DNA of 64,000 bases, taken from assembly GCA_027306855.1 (NCBI GenBank), contig DAHUYZ010000006.1, positions 375-64,374 on the forward strand, in the 5' to 3' direction. Source of the DNA: Solirubrobacterales bacterium. Lineage in GTDB: Bacteria > Actinomycetota > Thermoleophilia > Solirubrobacterales > Solirubrobacteraceae. Made by a program: the position numbers and the translations under genes. Below are positions 61,813-64,000 of this stretch, piece after piece. How positions within the stretch are numbered: position 1 is the first letter of the stretch; every line of letters starts with the position of its first letter. The notes under the pieces are model-generated. The model saw nothing but the letters and a program-made list of their open reading frames with translations, did not search any database and was not told the DNA's origin.

Positions 61813-62060
61813 GCGGCGCGCCTCCGGCTCGCCCGGCCGATCTCGCTAACCAATCTTCCCCCCTCGTCCCGAACCTCCGGTTTCGGCACAGGAGTGGGAG
61901 TGGCAGTCAAAAGGGCAACGAGAGGTTGCCGTGGAAACTTTCATGGTCGCCTTCGGGCGGCCGGGATTGAAGTAAGTAACGAGTAACAAGTAACAGTGAA
62001 AAGTAAATCTCACTCAACCTCTGTCCTGGACCATGCCTTCTAGTCCGATAGCTGAGCGCC
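61809..62060 (+). repeat. Structured cassette-boundary element, copy 1
   Basis: Shares ordered blocks with copies 2 and 3: CGCTA-CCAATC, hairpin ending ACAGGAG, CAGTCAAAA, GGCAAC-N5-GTTGCC, CTTTCATGGTCGCC..ATTGAAGTAAGTAAC, CCATG and CTGAGCG. Confidence 0.92.
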
Positions 62061-62101
62061 TCAACCCGCGTCTACGCGCGATAGCTCTCAACGGCGGTCG
62101 C

Positions 62102-62515
62102 CTACCCCTCGCCGTCAGGCTCGGCGTCCGCCGGCTGGACGATTGTTTTGGCCCAGGCGATAGCCTCGGTGGCCCATTTGAGCGCCTGGTCGCGGTCGAG
62201 GCCGATCGGGACTTCAGATCCGTATCGCTCGTCGCGAGCGAATGGGTTCAGGTCTTCGACGTCGTCAAGCGCGGAAGGCAACTCGATCCCAGATTCCGCC
62301 GAGAAGCTCCTGAGGCGTTCGAGGTCGTGAGTGAAGGGGAATTCGGTTTCCTTTACCGCAAGCACGGCCTTGATGGCCTTCTCGACGGCTTGATGGCAGT
62401 GGAAACCGACGATTGGATCGGCGATCCCTTCGACTCGCAACATCGATTTAGCGGCAAGCTCATCTTCTTGGGCGGCACCGAGCAGCCGACGTGCGAGGTC
62501 GCCGTTCGTGGCCAT
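62102..62515 (-). CDS. HEPN domain protein (MNT-HEPN toxin partner)
   Basis: FHCHQAVEKAIKA, THDL and RY motifs; TAATG coupling to MNT. Confidence 0.9.
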   Translation of the reverse strand: MATNGDLARRLLGAAQEDELAAKSMLRVEGIADPIVGFHCHQAVEKAIKAVLAVKETEFPFTHDLERLRSFSAESGIELPSALDDVEDLNPFARDERYGSEVPIGLDRDQALKWATEAIAWAKTIVQPADAEPDGEG

Positions 62516-62829
62516 TATGCCGCGATCTCCCGGCCCTCACGCAGGGCGGAGTTGATTACGGTGCCGTACACGTCGCGCCACTCGCGCACGCTATCCTCGC
62601 TTCTGACGATCACATCGGCCCACACGCCGAGCCCTTTGAGGGTTCTGTGCAGCCGGACCGACTCCTTGGCCACGTCCTTCACCGACGGCTCGATCACGAG
62701 GAAGTCCAGATCTGAGTGCTTGCCGGCCTCGCCGCGGGCGTGGGAGCCGAACAGGATCACGCGGCTGCCCGACGGCGCGGCGGCGAGTATGCGCTGTCCC
62801 GCCTCCTGTATCACGGCGTCGTCGAACAT
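62515..62829 (-). CDS. Minimal nucleotidyltransferase (MNT)
   Basis: ILFGSHARG and SDLDFLV motifs; ATG 7 nt after TACAAT. Confidence 0.92.
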   Translation of the reverse strand: MFDDAVIQEAGQRILAAAPSGSRVILFGSHARGEAGKHSDLDFLVIEPSVKDVAKESVRLHRTLKGLGVWADVIVRSEDSVREWRDVYGTVINSALREGREIAA

Positions 62830-62903
62830 GCCGGGGATTGTACCGCGCCGTGGGGCCAAAGCCACGGGAGCGCTCTCCAAGGAGGCCCTTCCGGACGCGT
62901 CCC

Positions 62904-63110
62904 CGCTACCCAATCTTCCCCGCTCGTCTCGCACCTCCGGTGTCGAGACAGGAGCGGCAGTCAAAAAGGCAACGACAGGTTGCCGTGCAAACTTTCATGG
63001 TCGCCTTCGGGCGGCCAGGATTGAAGTAAGTAACAAGTAATGAGTAAAGCAAGTCTCGATCTACTCACTATCAATCTGAACCATGTCTTCCACCCCAACA
63101 CCTGAGCGCC
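62904..63110 (+). repeat. Structured cassette-boundary element, copy 2 (left edge may extend to ~62870)
   Basis: See copy 1. Confidence 0.92.
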
Positions 63111-63216
63111 TCTTGTGAAATTGGACGAACGAACTTTTCTGAGCAGCGCCGACTCACCGCGCTCGCTTCTTGCGGCAGGACGCGACGCGGCGCCCGCCTG
63201 TGAGGCTCATCGGGCC

Positions 63217-63420
63217 CTACCGGGGCCGGTACATGTCGCGCGTGACGCGGACGTTGGCTCGCAGACCCGTGGTGGCATACTTCAGGGCCGCCCGTTTTTC
63301 CTCGGGGGTCTTCGCCTTCGCGGGCACGAAGAGCTCGGCCAGCTCCTCGGGGCTGAGCCGCTCGATCTTCCCGTTGCTGGTCCGGGCTTTGCTGGTCTGC
63401 ACTTTGGCCATGCTCATCAT
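63217..63420 (-). CDS. Small hypothetical protein, orphan antitoxin-like (67 aa)
   Basis: AGGAG RBS 7 nt before ATG; helical with LSPEEL and KTPEEK motifs; no partner toxin follows. Confidence 0.6.
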   Translation of the reverse strand: MMSMAKVQTSKARTSNGKIERLSPEELAELFVPAKAKTPEEKRAALKYATTGLRANVRVTRDMYRPR

Positions 63421-63501
63421 GGTAGCTCTCCTGTCGGTCGACACGAAGCGACCGGATGCGATCGCCGTCCATGCACGCTACGCCCCGCAGGGGATGGGGA
63501 A

Positions 63502-63768
63502 TTTGCGGCGCGCCTCGGCCTCGGCCGATCTCCGAGGCGCCGAAGGCGCCCCGCTACCAATCATTTCACCTCGTCCCGCACCCGCAGGGCTGTCGGGACA
63601 GGAGCGCCAGTCAAAAGGGCAACCACAGGTTGCCGTGGAAACTTTCATGGTCGCCTGCGGGCGGGCGGAATTGAAGTAAGTAACAAGTGACGAGTAAAGT
63701 GAAAATCAAGTCTCTATCTACTCACTATCAATCTGAACCATGCAACCCTTTATCTCAATAGCTGAGCG
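63502..63768 (+). repeat. Structured cassette-boundary element, copy 3
   Basis: See copy 1; also shares TTTG(G)CGGCGCGCCTC..CGGCCGATCTC upstream with copy 1. Confidence 0.92.
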
Positions 63769-63817
63769 TTTCGTTGATGGAGGTGCGCTCGGGGCCATCG
63801 CGTTCCCCGGCGTTTCC

Positions 63818-64000
63818 TCAGCAGCTCGTGGCCGCGTTCAGGGCCCGGCAGACTTCGCTCATCTTTGCGGGGCCCAGCGAGGTGATGCGTTCGATCAGGA
63901 AGATCTTGTCCGCCGCATCGATCTGATCGGCGTTCAACGCACAGGCGCGCGGCATGCCGTCCTCGGGTCCGAGCTCGACCTCGGTGGGGAGACCGCGGAT
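63818..64000 (-). CDS. mazF: PemK/MazF-family toxin, C-terminal part (truncated by window edge; not in the ORF track)
   Basis: Translates IRGLPTEVELGPEDGMPRACALNADQI...ERITSLGPAKMSEVCRALNAATSC*, typical of actinobacterial MazF. Confidence 0.85.
   Translation of the reverse strand: MRGLPTEVELGPEDGMPRACALNADQIDAADKIFLIERITSLGPAKMSEVCRALNAATSC

Noticed and set aside
62033-63040. 335-aa + strand ORF starting at the repeat ATG
   Set aside because: Antisense shadow of the well-supported MNT-HEPN genes; long shadow ORFs are common at this GC content
61938-63676. Canonical CRISPR array
   Set aside because: Only one repeat per locus, 600-1000 bp apart, with conserved rather than variable flanks; no cas genes in the window
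61850-63690. Repeat as protein-coding (ORFs ending CRGNFHGRLRA..IEVSN* or PWKLSWSP..)
   Set aside because: No consistent start, and substitutions preserve base pairing rather than amino acids. The two internal indels are multiples of 3, so coding is not fully excluded.

Overview
High-GC actinobacterial chromosome segment. Gene content and style suggest Thermoleophilia/Solirubrobacterales (inference, no database check). The core is housekeeping: tkt-tal, two acyl-CoA dehydrogenases, a dac gene, lipA-lipB-pdhCBA and lpdA, thiE/thiO-thiS-thiG, argF, rlmD, an inositol-lipid cluster (ino1, pgsA-like, PAP2, GT4-PHP), dnaK-grpE-dnaJ-hspR-clpB, and a pur cluster (purB, D, E, C, S, Q, L, F, N, H; no purM or purK here). 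Accessory DNA lies at the left end (about 1-2500, two frameshifted genes), in a small nucleotidyltransferase toxin-antitoxin (TA)-like pair (24819-25479), in a PadR/ABC/DUF2600 terpene-synthase-like module (54247-61457), and at the right end. The most striking feature is at 61.7-64 kb: three diverged copies of a ~210-260 bp non-coding structured element. Each copy has covarying hairpins, a 35-nt CRISPR-repeat-like core, AGTAAC-type heptads and a conserved ATG stub. The copies alternate with different TA-type cassettes, all on the minus strand: a truncated hicA, MNT-HEPN, an orphan antitoxin-like ORF and mazF. This resembles a gene-cassette array that is neither a classical integron nor a CRISPR array. 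Other notable non-coding structures are a 168-nt G:U-rich rod hairpin bounded by the stop codons of two convergent genes (26572-26739) and a 69-bp inverted repeat pair flanking purN-purH. No tRNA, rRNA, integrase, transposase or cas gene was recognised. All family calls are from motif recognition by eye.
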